Source: an uncultured virus (IMG/VR IMGVR_UViG_2721755777_000003) (Duplodnaviria > Heunggongvirae > Uroviricota > Caudoviricetes). Taken from it: 64,000 nt of DNA. Where the stretch lies: positions 1-64,000 of IMG/VR virus record IMGVR_UViG_2721755777_000003; one strand, given 5' to 3'. This document shows positions 1 through 9,162 of the stretch, one piece after another. Every line of letters starts with the position of its first letter. Position 1 is the first letter of the stretch. A model generated the notes under the pieces. That model searched no databases, was not told where the DNA came from, and saw only the letters and a program-made list of their open reading frames with translations. A program made the position numbers and the translations under genes.

Positions 1-921
1 CTAACCCTCTTGAACCCTTGTCACATCAAGGGTTTTTTTCGTTTTAGGAATCATATTATAAATAATATTCAAAAGGACGGCGGTAAAGCTTCCGGCGACG
101 ATTCCGTTTGTGGTCAGCAGATTTAAGTAAGACGGCAGGTGCTTAAACATATCGGGAACGACGGTTACACCGAGTCCCAATCCGACCGAACACGCGACGA
201 TCAGAAGGTTTTCCTGCTTTTTAAAGTCAATTTGACTGAGCATTTTAATGCCGTAGGAAATGACCATGCCGAACATGGCCACCATCGCGCCTCCCAGTAC
301 CGAAGACGGGATGATGGTCGTGAAGGCTGCGATTTTCGGAAAAAGGCCGAAGAGCATTAAAAGTGCGCCCGTGACACCGATAACCGCGTTTTTCTTAATT
401 CCTGTCAGCTGCACGAGGCCAACGTTTTGGGAATAGGCCGTATACGGAAAAGCATTGAAAATGCCGCTGATGAATACCGCCAGGCCTTCCGCGCGGTAGC
501 CTTTTGCTAAATCACGTTCAGACAGGCGCCGGTTTGTCAGGTCACCGAGAGCGAAATAGACGCCTGTTGACTCAACAAGGCTGACAATGGCAACGATGGA
601 CATCGTGATAATCGGTGCCGCATGAAATGTCGGCGTCCCGAAGTAAAACGGTTTAATCATTTGAATGGCATCAGCATTCGCCACATTGTCAAATTGCACT
701 TTTCCCATAAAATATGCGATGGCCGTCCCGATGACAATGCCGATTAAAATCGAAATGGATTTCAAAAATCCTTTTGTAAACCGATAAAGCAGCACGATGA
801 TGACGAGCACCGTAAATCCGAGGGCAAGGTTAGCCGGATCACCGAAATCCTCGCTGCCTTCCCCGCCGGCAATATGATTCATCGCGACCGGCATTAAGGT
901 CATCCCGATAATCGTTACAAG
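1..921 (-). pseudogene. pbuX: 3' fragment of host xanthine permease (NCS2 family), interrupted by the prophage
   Basis: Matches B. subtilis PbuX from VTIIG onward, with NAT motif SQNVGLVQLTG. About 130 N-terminal residues are missing. GC-rich host codon usage ends abruptly near 921. Confidence 0.92.
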
Positions 922-940
922 CATTACAGTTTAGGTACAA
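905..940. other. Prophage attachment junction within pbuX
   Basis: PbuX homology stops at minus-strand TTGTAACG (about 913-920); phage-like AT-rich sequence lies beyond. Exact crossover not resolvable. Confidence 0.75.
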
Positions 941-944
941 CAAA

Positions 945-975
945 AAAAGAGCCGGTTTAATGGCTCTTTTCTTTT
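945..975. terminator. Hairpin, probable bidirectional terminator at the prophage end
   Basis: AAAAGAGCC-N8-GGCTCTTTT with A/T tracts on both sides. Confidence 0.7.
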
Positions 976-1121
976 GCTAATAAATTAGACATTACTTCAT
1001 TCACTTTTAGGTTGACTTTCTTAATTGCTTCAGCTGATGGTTGATTTATGCTTTCAATCGTTATATGATATTTTTCTATTTCAAACGATTGCTTTGAAGA
1101 TGATTTAACGAATTCACTCAT
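957..1121 (-). CDS. 54-aa protein, putative recombination directionality factor (SprB/YotN position); not in ORF track
   Basis: MSEFVKSSSKQSFEIEKYHITIESINQPSAEAIKKVNLKVNEVMSNLLAKEKSH; ATGA overlap with yotM stop; last gene before att. Confidence 0.65.
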   Translation of the reverse strand: MSEFVKSSSKQSFEIEKYHITIESINQPSAEAIKKVNLKVNEVMSNLLAKEKSH

Positions 1122-1672
1122 ACAGCGCTCACACTCTGCTGTTCTTTTTTAATCAAATCATCGCAAAGCTTATTCAAGTAATATGTATAGTTAACTTTTT
1201 TCTTCATCGAACGGACTTCTGTGCCGATCTCTTCACAAATTGCAATTGGAATGCTGGCTTTGTTTACTTTATTCTTATATGTATGTTTCAATTGTTTTTC
1301 AGCTATGTTCTTATATGTAAGGAAATCATTAATATGTACGAAATAAACTTTATTTTCCGGCTCTCTAAATTGAAACAGAAACCCAGGGATTACGTTTGGA
1401 TATTGCGTAGCCTCTTTTAAGTGTTTTATCTGCTGCGGCTTTATAATCTTCTCTTGAAAGGCAATAGACTTATCCTTTGTGGATTTAAGCTCTAATGGGA
1501 ATAAGTACCCCTTAAAGTGCAAGAAGCAATCATATTTATTTTTTGATACAGCTGCTCCCCTTTTCAAAAACATTGGATTAACATCTTTAATTCTATAGAA
1601 GAACAGCTTTTGATCTGCAGCTGATTTTTCTATATTTGCTTCAAAAACCTTACCTTGGTTTGTACCTCTCAA
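1118..1672 (-). CDS. yotM: RecU-like Holliday junction resolvase
   Basis: GKVFE, YDC and ELKST nuclease motifs; synteny. Confidence 0.8.
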   Translation of the reverse strand: MRGTNQGKVFEANIEKSAADQKLFFYRIKDVNPMFLKRGAAVSKNKYDCFLHFKGYLFPLELKSTKDKSIAFQEKIIKPQQIKHLKEATQYPNVIPGFLFQFREPENKVYFVHINDFLTYKNIAEKQLKHTYKNKVNKASIPIAICEEIGTEVRSMKKKVNYTYYLNKLCDDLIKKEQQSVSAV

Positions 1673-1769
1673 TCAATCACTCTCCTAAAATATTGAAACT
1701 AAAATTGAAATTAGAATAAACCTTTGCTACACTGTTTTATGTTAATTAATATTGAAAGAAGTGTACGAA

Positions 1770-2009
1770 ATGAAGCAATGGACACCCCTCCGCCCTCGTT
1801 TAAATGAATTAATGTTTGAATATGACCTCACAGTTGATGACCTTTTCAAACGCACAGGATATCCGAGACAACGTATCCACGATTATATAAGTGGAGCTAA
1901 AGCAAATATGAACTTAGCTACTGGCATGACTTTTGCTGATGCCATTGGTTGCTCAATTGAAGAGCTGTACGAATGGAACCACGAAGAAAGAAGAAAAGTT
2001 AAATCTTAA
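1770..2009 (+). CDS. yotL: XRE-family HTH regulator
   Basis: HTH_3-like pattern ending AIGCSIEELYE; synteny. Confidence 0.75.
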   Translation: MKQWTPLRPRLNELMFEYDLTVDDLFKRTGYPRQRIHDYISGAKANMNLATGMTFADAIGCSIEELYEWNHEERRKVKS

Positions 2010-2190
2010 TCCCTTTCCGAGCCCATCTGATTTCCTGCATCAATTCTTCATTGTTATCTGAAAGGTTGATTAGGTTACGGTGGGCTCTTTCGTATTCTTT
2101 GTTCTCGAGAGCTTCTTTCACCGTACCCATTTGTCTTTCCATTTTGTTGAACAGTATTTGAATAGTTTTATATTCTTCAGCTATTACCAT
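1999..2190 (-). CDS. Small phage protein (YotK position)
   Basis: ORF with GAGGTG RBS; synteny. Confidence 0.6.
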   Translation of the reverse strand: MVIAEEYKTIQILFNKMERQMGTVKEALENKEYERAHRNLINLSDNNEELMQEIRWARKGIKI

Positions 2191-2227
2191 CCACCTCTAA
2201 TCCCCTTATTTTATCCTAAAATTAGTT

Positions 2228-2679
2228 TTAATCTAACTTGTAAATTGTCACATCGTAGTCCTCGAAAATGGATTCGATCATTTTGTTTACCTCATTCCAA
2301 TTTCCACCTGCCAAACCGCACCCGATTCCATAAGGCAAGGCAATGGATCTTCTATTTGTCATGGCTGAGGTTTTAATTAGCTCTAAGCCACACTTTAAAG
2401 CTTCATAGTCGGTGAATACCCTTCCTCTTCCATAAGAGAGTTGTCCAAAGATATGAGCGATAATCTTTCCATCATGCTCTTTTACTTCTCGAACCTTACC
2501 CAACAGGTCAGGCTTATACACTACGTTGTCGCACATGTATTTATAAACTCTGTATGCAGATGGATACTTTTCTTTGATTTGCTTCGCCAATCCAGCCCCC
2601 ATAACTCCTTGACAATTTACTTGATGACAAATAATATCTTCAGAGGCATTTAAAATATTACCATTTATAACTTAATCAA
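2228..2679 (-). pseudogene. Macro domain (ADP-ribose processing) protein with apparent 1-nt deletion near the start
   Basis: GNILNASEDIICHQVNCQGVMGAGLA and IALPYGIGCGLAGGNW motifs. RBS plus TTG at 2679 is out of frame by one base (452 nt to stop). Confidence 0.75.
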
Positions 2680-3349
2680 AAAACCATTCCTTTCTTTTTA
2701 AAAATAGATGGGGATTTATTTTTTTGAGTTCTGTTAAGAAAACTAATTTTCTAAGTATTTTATACATATTTGAGTTATTGACTCGGATAAACATCATATC
2801 CTTGTCGTTTATATGATCTAAAATGCCATCTTGTCTATGCTTATCATTTTTCGAAACCAAATTACGCTTATGATATTCCTCATCGTACTCAATGAATATT
2901 TTTAATTCAGGTATAAATAAATCAACAAAATAGTTTAACACCCTATATTGTCTTTCAACCTTTATGCTTGGTATTAAATTTTTCATTAAAGTGATAAACT
3001 GATTTTCAGAAAAAGTCTTTGGCATATATCTTTCCTTATCATTATCACTCATGTAATCTAGCATTTGAGTTGCCTTTATGTAGTTTTTTCTTGTGCACGT
3101 CTTAAGGAGTTCTAATACAACCTCTCTAGACACGACATACATCTTTTGTTGTTTATTTTGTGAATTAATATAGGACGAGGTTTTTATAAATTTATTTGAA
3201 CTATTTAGTGATATCAGCATTCTTTCAGCTATAAGTCTTACTTTTTTCAATATATCTTTATGATCGTTACCCAATCTTCTTGAAATTTCAAGTGTGCTTA
3301 TGTAAAAGGGTTCCGCCTCAGAATTAGACTCTTTCTCTTTACTATCCAT
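2672..3349 (-). CDS. Rha-like N-terminal domain fused to DUF559/Vsr-like endonuclease
   Basis: ISTLEISRRLGNDHKDILKKVR (Rha-like); ERQYRVLNYFVDL...IEYDEEYH (DUF559-like). Confidence 0.7.
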   Translation of the reverse strand: MDSKEKESNSEAEPFYISTLEISRRLGNDHKDILKKVRLIAERMLISLNSSNKFIKTSSYINSQNKQQKMYVVSREVVLELLKTCTRKNYIKATQMLDYMSDNDKERYMPKTFSENQFITLMKNLIPSIKVERQYRVLNYFVDLFIPELKIFIEYDEEYHKRNLVSKNDKHRQDGILDHINDKDMMFIRVNNSNMYKILRKLVFLTELKKINPHLFLKRKEWFFD

Positions 3350-3437
3350 TGATTAGGAAAAATCCTCTCCTCTCCTCAGAAGCTGTTTTAACTGCTCAAA
3401 TTCAATTTCTTTATCCCTTCTAAATGAAATCAACATT

Positions 3438-3797
3438 TTATCTGGACACGTATTCACAACACCCGTCCGATACCTTTTTCAATAAGTATCTCTGTCCCCA
3501 AATGCCCCATACGTCCCTATTCCCTGTTTGCCAGCCACCGTACTCTGTAGGATAATGATCAAAGAACAACATGTTTTCTTCTTCTTTTGCCAACTCAACC
3601 AAAGGAAAGTAAAATCCTTTAGGGAATGAATTTAAGACCTCTCCTAGGGTTTTATATTCAGGATACAAAGGACGTGCATGTGAAGGTACTTCTCCAAACT
3701 TGTTTACACCCAGTGAATTATATGACCCGTTAGGATTCTTAAAAATAATCCATGATTCAACCTTGTTTCGAATCTTCTTCTTTATTCTCTTATTCAA
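3438..3797 (-). CDS. Hypothetical phage protein
   Basis: 119-aa ORF with GGGAG RBS. Confidence 0.6.
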   Translation of the reverse strand: MNKRIKKKIRNKVESWIIFKNPNGSYNSLGVNKFGEVPSHARPLYPEYKTLGEVLNSFPKGFYFPLVELAKEEENMLFFDHYPTEYGGWQTGNRDVWGIWGQRYLLKKVSDGCCEYVSR

Positions 3798-3799
3798 AA

Positions 3800-4021
3800 T
3801 TAAAACTCCCCGTTTTCAATCATTTTAGGAATTAAAACAAAATCACTTTGCACATCCAAATATTTTAGATCCTCATTCTTCAACCTTTTATCTATTAGAT
3901 TTTTTAGAGTTAATAGTGCTCTCTTTTCTTTTTCCTCTTTACATGTGGTAGGCAGGCAAAATACAAACGCTTTCACCTTAATGTTTCCATCTAGTGTAAC
4001 TTCAACATCTTCTCCATACAT
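3800..4021 (-). CDS. Hypothetical phage protein
   Basis: 73-aa ORF with RBS. Confidence 0.55.
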   Translation of the reverse strand: MYGEDVEVTLDGNIKVKAFVFCLPTTCKEEKEKRALLTLKNLIDKRLKNEDLKYLDVQSDFVLIPKMIENGEF

Positions 4022-4070
4022 AAAGGAGCCATTCCCTTCTCAATAAAATTAGAATTTCACCCGAATCGTA

Positions 4071-4293
4071 TTAATTAACTAATTCCCACTCTCCAGGATT
4101 AAGTTGATCTAATGTGAAGAACATTGGCGTACCGTCGTTCATAAACTCAATAATCATCAATCGATCTTGTTCATTTCTTGGGCAGCTATCTGGGTTACTG
4201 TATGTAGATTCGGCTGTAACAGTTGTATAGGTTCCACCGTAAGCCCAAGAATCATTTAATTACGTCTCCTTCTTTAACACTTGAAAAATCCAT
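4071..4293 (-). pseudogene. Frameshifted small hypothetical gene
   Basis: RBS plus [12 protein letters not shown] stops early; another frame continues NDSWAYGG...GEWELVN; 223 nt total. Confidence 0.45.
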
Positions 4294-4319
4294 GTAATCC
4301 CCTCACTTCAAATTAATTT

Positions 4320-4348
4320 GTATATTTTCAAAACATCTCCACACAATA
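4320..4348 (+). promoter_or_regulatory. Putative sigma-G promoter of sspC
   Basis: GTATA-N17-CACAATA resembles the sigma-G/F consensus. Confidence 0.6.
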
Positions 4349-4392
4349 CAATTGAACAAACTTGTTTACATACTACTTTAGGAGATGATCAA

Positions 4393-4605
4393 ATGGCTCA
4401 ACAAAACAGATCAAACAACAGCAATGAATTACTTGTACCTCAAGCTGCTGGTGCCCTTGAACAAATGAAGTATGAAATTGCTTCTGAGTTCGGTGTGAAC
4501 TTAGGGCCTGAGACAACTAGCCGAGCAAACGGTTCAGTAGGTGGAGAAATTACAAAACGTTTGGTTCGCTTAGCTCAACAAAGCATGAGTGGCCAATTTC
4601 ATTAA
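4393..4605 (+). CDS. sspC: Alpha/beta-type small acid-soluble spore protein
   Basis: [10 protein letters not shown] and [16 protein letters not shown] signatures; followed by a hairpin at about 4611-4635. Confidence 0.95.
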   Translation: MAQQNRSNNSNELLVPQAAGALEQMKYEIASEFGVNLGPETTSRANGSVGGEITKRLVRLAQQSMSGQFH

Positions 4606-4686
4606 TGTATGAGGGGATTACTCCCCTCTCTTTTTATGCTCCTCTTCCAAATCCATAAAGTACTACTGGCATTGTATTCACCTCCT

Positions 4687-4893
4687 TTAGTGAACAAATG
4701 TACTTCGTCTAATCAGCTCGTCTAAAACGATTTGAAGTTTTCTTCTCTGGTCTTTTATGTATGCATTGTTATCGGTACTCAATCCATCATTAATTCTATT
4801 TTGTATGTCTGTTTTCAGTCTCTCTAAGCTTTCAATTGGTAATTTTTCTAGACTAACTTTATATGATTGATTCATTTTAATAGCCCCCAGCAA
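4687..4893 (-). CDS. Hypothetical phage protein
   Basis: ORF in minus-strand operon. Confidence 0.5.
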   Translation of the reverse strand: MLGAIKMNQSYKVSLEKLPIESLERLKTDIQNRINDGLSTDNNAYIKDQRRKLQIVLDELIRRSTFVH

Positions 4894-5028
4894 AAACGAG
4901 TGAAATTATCAATAACCAAAAGACTGCTCCAGAAACAGCAAGAAAGCTTTTTGCAATACTCATAAACTCTTGAAAATCATTCTTCAACGACTCTTTCACT
5001 GCATCACCTTCTCTTTAAAATACAGATT

Positions 5029-5370
5029 TCATAAAGAATTAAGTCCAGCACAGTAATTGCAAAACGCTACTCCGTTGTTAGTTGCCCAATCTTCCCCCAA
5101 TTCATCGCCACACTCAGCGCATCGGCAGCTCGATATTACTTCGTTTAGAAAAGTAATGTGATGGAGTAGCGACGGAATATCTTGACGGGCGTTTGCGATG
5201 AAATTTGCGTCCTCTTCATCCGTTGTTTGTGCAGCCAGTAATCCGCCAATTGTTCCGATATTATTTAATCCGTTTGGTGATTGCTTCCCGATTCGCCACG
5301 GGCCTTCCGTAGCCTTCTCCGAACGCTTTCGGATTACTTCGAGTTGATCTTTCGTCAATTTATCGATCAT
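5029..5370 (-). CDS. Phage protein with ATxGPW...DAxFIA motif and C-terminal Zn finger
   Basis: KATEGPW, DANFIANARQDIP, CAEC...CNYC; RBS GAGGAGG. Confidence 0.65.
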   Translation of the reverse strand: MIDKLTKDQLEVIRKRSEKATEGPWRIGKQSPNGLNNIGTIGGLLAAQTTDEEDANFIANARQDIPSLLHHITFLNEVISSCRCAECGDELGEDWATNNGVAFCNYCAGLNSL

Positions 5371-5455
5371 CTTGTGGCCTCCTCTTGTAATGCTTCGATT
5401 TCGTAAATAAGGCACCAAACGTGATGATAAAGGTGTTCAGGTACGCTGAGCTTCA

Positions 5456-5815
5456 TCAAGCATTAACTCCTTCGATTTTGATTCCGAGAATGTCGAGTGT
5501 ATTTCGTATTCCGGTTAATACTCCTACATTATGGCGTTTATCTTCAATATCCCCTGCTACATACCTCTCATCCCGCGATCTTTTTATATGCTCATAATAG
5601 TCCCGTAGTTTTTCCTCAGGCGTCGGTTCAGATTCATAACCGTTAATTAATGCAGCAGCTAATGTTAATAAATCAAGATTATATAAACAACCGCTTTTAT
5701 TATCGCCAACTGTTAAGCTATCATTTGTGTATGATAGTAATATTCCTTCATCGCTCAATCTTAATCGGAGTTCTTCTATAGCCTCCGCCTGTTCTTTTGT
5801 GACTGTCGGTTTCAT
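5456..5815 (-). CDS. Hypothetical phage protein (possibly DUF1642-like)
   Basis: VTKEQAEAIE and ALINGYE motifs. Confidence 0.55.
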   Translation of the reverse strand: MKPTVTKEQAEAIEELRLRLSDEGILLSYTNDSLTVGDNKSGCLYNLDLLTLAAALINGYESEPTPEEKLRDYYEHIKRSRDERYVAGDIEDKRHNVGVLTGIRNTLDILGIKIEGVNA

Positions 5816-6204
5816 TTTAACGCCTCCTTTGCGATTGTTTGAATAAGATATACCGTATTTGAATACTGCATGATATCTGGTTTTATAATATAAGTACCGT
5901 TAGCAACCGAATTGTCCTCTACGTAAAAGTTATCAGCGAGCTCCGCAATTTCCTGAAAAGACGCCTTCAACCTCTCATTCTCGCCAATCAAATCCGCAAC
6001 AGCACAGCGCAATCGATTAACTTCCTCAGTCATTGGTTCCATGAATAAATCCTCCACAGAGGCTTCTCGTTCAGTCCCATCCTCGTTTATAATGCAAAGA
6101 CTGTCCTTTTCATCAGGATTATTATTTCGCATTTTAATCCCAAGTTTTTTGGCACTCTCCTTAATGCGCTCATTATTAAACTCAAACCCTCTCATATATT
6201 TCAC
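5812..6204 (-). CDS. Hypothetical phage protein
   Basis: ORF coupled to downstream gene. Confidence 0.55.
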   Translation of the reverse strand: MKYMRGFEFNNERIKESAKKLGIKMRNNNPDEKDSLCIINEDGTEREASVEDLFMEPMTEEVNRLRCAVADLIGENERLKASFQEIAELADNFYVEDNSVANGTYIIKPDIMQYSNTVYLIQTIAKEALK

Positions 6205-6206
6205 CT

Positions 6207-6533
6207 CTAAGTTAAATTAATTTGATCCTCAATTTCCTCAATAAACCCCTCTAAAGCTGCTTCATCAACCATAACTCGTTCATCATGGACTTTGATAATT
6301 TCTTTCATTCGGTCATCCATATTTCTAATTTCTTCTGCTTGCTGCACAGTAAACATTGCTCTGTATTTCTTTATGTATAAAAGAAAATCTTTGAGTACAC
6401 CGATCTCCCCAATTTTGTGGAGATTGGAATCTTCTTGTTCCACTTCTAGCCGGAGTAAAGCTACTTCCTTTTCTAAAACATCAACTTCAAGCTGTTCTTT
6501 CTTTGACAGCAATTCTCGCTCTTTTTGTTGCAA
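6207..6533 (-). CDS. Coiled-coil hypothetical protein
   Basis: Strong RBS AGGAGGTG. Confidence 0.6.
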   Translation of the reverse strand: MQQKERELLSKKEQLEVDVLEKEVALLRLEVEQEDSNLHKIGEIGVLKDFLLYIKKYRAMFTVQQAEEIRNMDDRMKEIIKVHDERVMVDEAALEGFIEEIEDQINLT

Positions 6534-6679
6534 TATATCACCTCCTTAAAGTTCTCACCGAAGAAATTCACACTCCATTCAGAAAATTCACCATATATTC
6601 ACAACATTCTCCATTTATTTCAAAATTAATTGTTATAATATAGTTGTATTACATACCTAAACCAAGGGAGATGCTTTTA

Positions 6680-7210
6680 ATGAAGAAAACAGCAATTGCT
6701 TTATTAGTTTCAACTATTGGTCTTACTGGTGTAGCTGCGTCAGCGAATGCTACTGCTAAAAGTGAGCCGGTTGCCGCCCCTCAAAATAATCTTGAGGTCT
6801 TAACAAACACCGGTAGTTTTCATGCTCTTGGGACTGATACTCACGTTAAAAATGGTGTTGGTGAAGTCAACATAGGTAGATCTACTTCAGGCCCTGCATC
6901 TTACGCAACAGTAGTCACTAGCTTTACACCAAACAACGTAACCAAGATTTCCATCATGGGGAAACAATGGTCAACAGGGACAGGAAGTAGAAGTGCAAAT
7001 GTGACTTATGAATTAATGAAGTCAGATGGCACTGTGCTGGCTTCTGTCACACCGAGTGGCGGAAATTATATTAGTGAACAATTTTACAAAGTATTTAGCG
7101 TAAACACATCACTTATTTCAGGAAAACAATTGTATGTCCGAGCACATAACAATGACAGTGTAGCTCAAGTAAAAGTTAATGTTGATGTTTATTGGGATTA
7201 TAATTACTAA
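6680..7210 (+). CDS. Secreted protein, stand-alone cassette
   Basis: Sec signal MKKTAIALL...ANA; TGTTATAAT upstream (6631-6639); terminator GAGAGGG...CCCTCTC-T6 (about 7217-7239). Confidence 0.75.
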   Translation: MKKTAIALLVSTIGLTGVAASANATAKSEPVAAPQNNLEVLTNTGSFHALGTDTHVKNGVGEVNIGRSTSGPASYATVVTSFTPNNVTKISIMGKQWSTGTGSRSANVTYELMKSDGTVLASVTPSGGNYISEQFYKVFSVNTSLISGKQLYVRAHNNDSVAQVKVNVDVYWDYNY

Positions 7211-7261
7211 TACATTGAGAGGGCTTCCCTCTCTTTTTTATTTAATTATGTAGGCTTGTTT

Positions 7262-7627
7262 TTAAACCGATTCATACTGTAAATGCTTGTTTTTCTTTTT
7301 GCTAATTTTATACTCTGCAATTTTTAGTGATTCAAGAGTCCATCCGTTATTGTTCAAACTCCCGAAAAGTGTGTTCATTAATTGGAGCTCTTGTTTTAAG
7401 TTTCTTCTCTTTCTCAATATCTTTTGACCTTTTAACGAAAGATGATATCCCTCTGATGCATTAAATTTGTCCTCTTCTAGCTTGTGATAAAATTCATTGA
7501 GCTCTTTATCAACTTTCCCCAGCTCTTTATAAAGGTTATCAATTTCATTTTGAAGTCGTAGTTTAGTCTCCTCAATTGCAACAAGAGGTTTGGAAATGGA
7601 AACAAGATAATCTTTTGCAGTTTTCAT
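7262..7627 (-). CDS. Coiled-coil phage protein
   Basis: ORF with RBS, downstream of a sigma-A promoter. Confidence 0.65.
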   Translation of the reverse strand: MKTAKDYLVSISKPLVAIEETKLRLQNEIDNLYKELGKVDKELNEFYHKLEEDKFNASEGYHLSLKGQKILRKRRNLKQELQLMNTLFGSLNNNGWTLESLKIAEYKISKKKNKHLQYESV

Positions 7628-7702
7628 AACGTCACTCCTATTTATTATTTTATTTTTATTCTAAAAGTATGTAAAAAAAAGACAAGCTTTTAACTTGTCT
7701 TT

Positions 7703-7751
7703 ATCTTATCATTCAACTTCCCAAAAGTCTATAACTATTTTATTTTTATTC
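7703..7751 (-). promoter_or_regulatory. Sigma-A promoter with upstream SPbeta-type repeated element
   Basis: GAATAAAAATAAAATAGTTA-TAGACT-N17-TAAGAT. Confidence 0.7.
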
Positions 7752-7755
7752 TTAA

Positions 7756-8262
7756 TTATTTTGAGTAAGTCACAAATGAATAATTATATGTGGTATTGTT
7801 TTCTGCTTTTCTATGATCCTTTTCAATTACTCTCCAATCGTCATTTAACCTTGAAAAATATGAATCTGCCTTCTCAGCAACTGAATCAACAATCGTCAAA
7901 TAAACCTTATCAGCATGTGGTAAGAATGCCTCGTAAATAGCGCCTCCTCCAATGACCATTACTTCTTCATCTTTATCCAATTGTCCTCGTATAAGCTTCA
8001 ACACATCGTCAATTGAATGATAAACGAACGAAGAGTGATCAGGCTTGAAATCCTTGTTTTTGGTTAATATGATATTCCTTCGGTTCTGAAGTGGTTTACC
8101 TGTAATGTGTACGATCGATTCGTATGTAAGCCTTCCCTGAATACACAGCTTTCCTGTAGTGAGTTCTTTAAAACGTTTCATGTCTTCAGGAATATGGTAC
8201 AGCAAATTATTCTCATATCCAATGGCCATTGATTTGTCGCAGCAAGCAATAAGAGATAGCAT
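7756..8262 (-). CDS. dfrA: Dihydrofolate reductase
   Basis: AIGYENNLLYHIPEDMKRFKELT, GRLTYESI, VIGGGAIY. Confidence 0.95.
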   Translation of the reverse strand: MLSLIACCDKSMAIGYENNLLYHIPEDMKRFKELTTGKLCIQGRLTYESIVHITGKPLQNRRNIILTKNKDFKPDHSSFVYHSIDDVLKLIRGQLDKDEEVMVIGGGAIYEAFLPHADKVYLTIVDSVAEKADSYFSRLNDDWRVIEKDHRKAENNTTYNYSFVTYSK

Positions 8263-9101
8263 TATACTGCTACCTCAAAGTAAAGCTTGTCTCCATGCTT
8301 ATAATTAACCAATCTGAAATCATCAATTGTGAAATCATAAAAGTCTTTTACATCTGGATTAATCCATAACTCAGGTGCTTCATGCTGCTCTCTGTCCATT
8401 TGAATTTTCAAATTGTCTATATGACGAGTGTATACATGACAGTCTCCGATATTGAAGATATACTCACCTAGCTCATAGCCAGTAACTTGAGCAATCATAC
8501 GTTGCAATACATTGTACTGAAACACATTAAACGGATTCCCTAAAGCCATGTCATTACTACGTGCTCTTACCTCTAAGGCAAGCTTTCCTTGTTTTATATA
8601 CCACTGTGTCTCATACACACAAGGCGGTAAAGCCATAGAGTCTAAATCATCCGGATTCCAAAGCGTTGTAATATGTCTACGTGAAGATGGGTTGTTTTTC
8701 AACTGATGGAGAAGATAATCAACCTGGTCAACTTTCTCACCATTTAGCTCCCTGTTCTTTTTACTTAGCTGATATCCATATGCTTTTCCGATTGTGCCGT
8801 CTTCTTGCTTCCATTGATCCCAAATATGTACACCCATCTTGTTTAATTCGTTAACATCATTTGATTTAAGTTGCCATATCCAAAGTGATTCTTTGATTGC
8901 CGTTTTCCAGGCGACTTTTTTAGTCGTTAAAATTGGTACTTCAGTATTGTCAAACCGCATTTGCTTACTGATTACACTTAATGTATGTGCTGGTGTTCCA
9001 TCTGTATCCCAGTTGGCTCTGACATCAAATTCTTCGTCGGATACTCCATTATTAATTATGTCATTTATGATTGTGTTGTACTGCTTATCAAACTGACTCA
9101 T
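8262..9101 (-). CDS. thyA: Thymidylate synthase (ThyA/ThyP3 type, 279 aa)
   Basis: MALPPC catalytic Cys; RSNDMALGNPFNV; GDCHVY. Confidence 0.95.
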   Translation of the reverse strand: MSQFDKQYNTIINDIINNGVSDEEFDVRANWDTDGTPAHTLSVISKQMRFDNTEVPILTTKKVAWKTAIKESLWIWQLKSNDVNELNKMGVHIWDQWKQEDGTIGKAYGYQLSKKNRELNGEKVDQVDYLLHQLKNNPSSRRHITTLWNPDDLDSMALPPCVYETQWYIKQGKLALEVRARSNDMALGNPFNVFQYNVLQRMIAQVTGYELGEYIFNIGDCHVYTRHIDNLKIQMDREQHEAPELWINPDVKDFYDFTIDDFRLVNYKHGDKLYFEVAV

Positions 9102-9162
9102 AATTTCCTTCCTTTCAATTCCACCGTTTGGTAAAATATTCTTGCCCACATAATGGAAAGAG

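Noticed and set aside
1..924. 307-aa ORF as an intact permease
   Set aside because: Lacks the N-terminal third; the ATG is phage-derived and has no RBS.
2200..4300. DSAD1 (anti-DSR2) gene near the yot region
   Set aside because: No ORF here resembles the recalled sequence.
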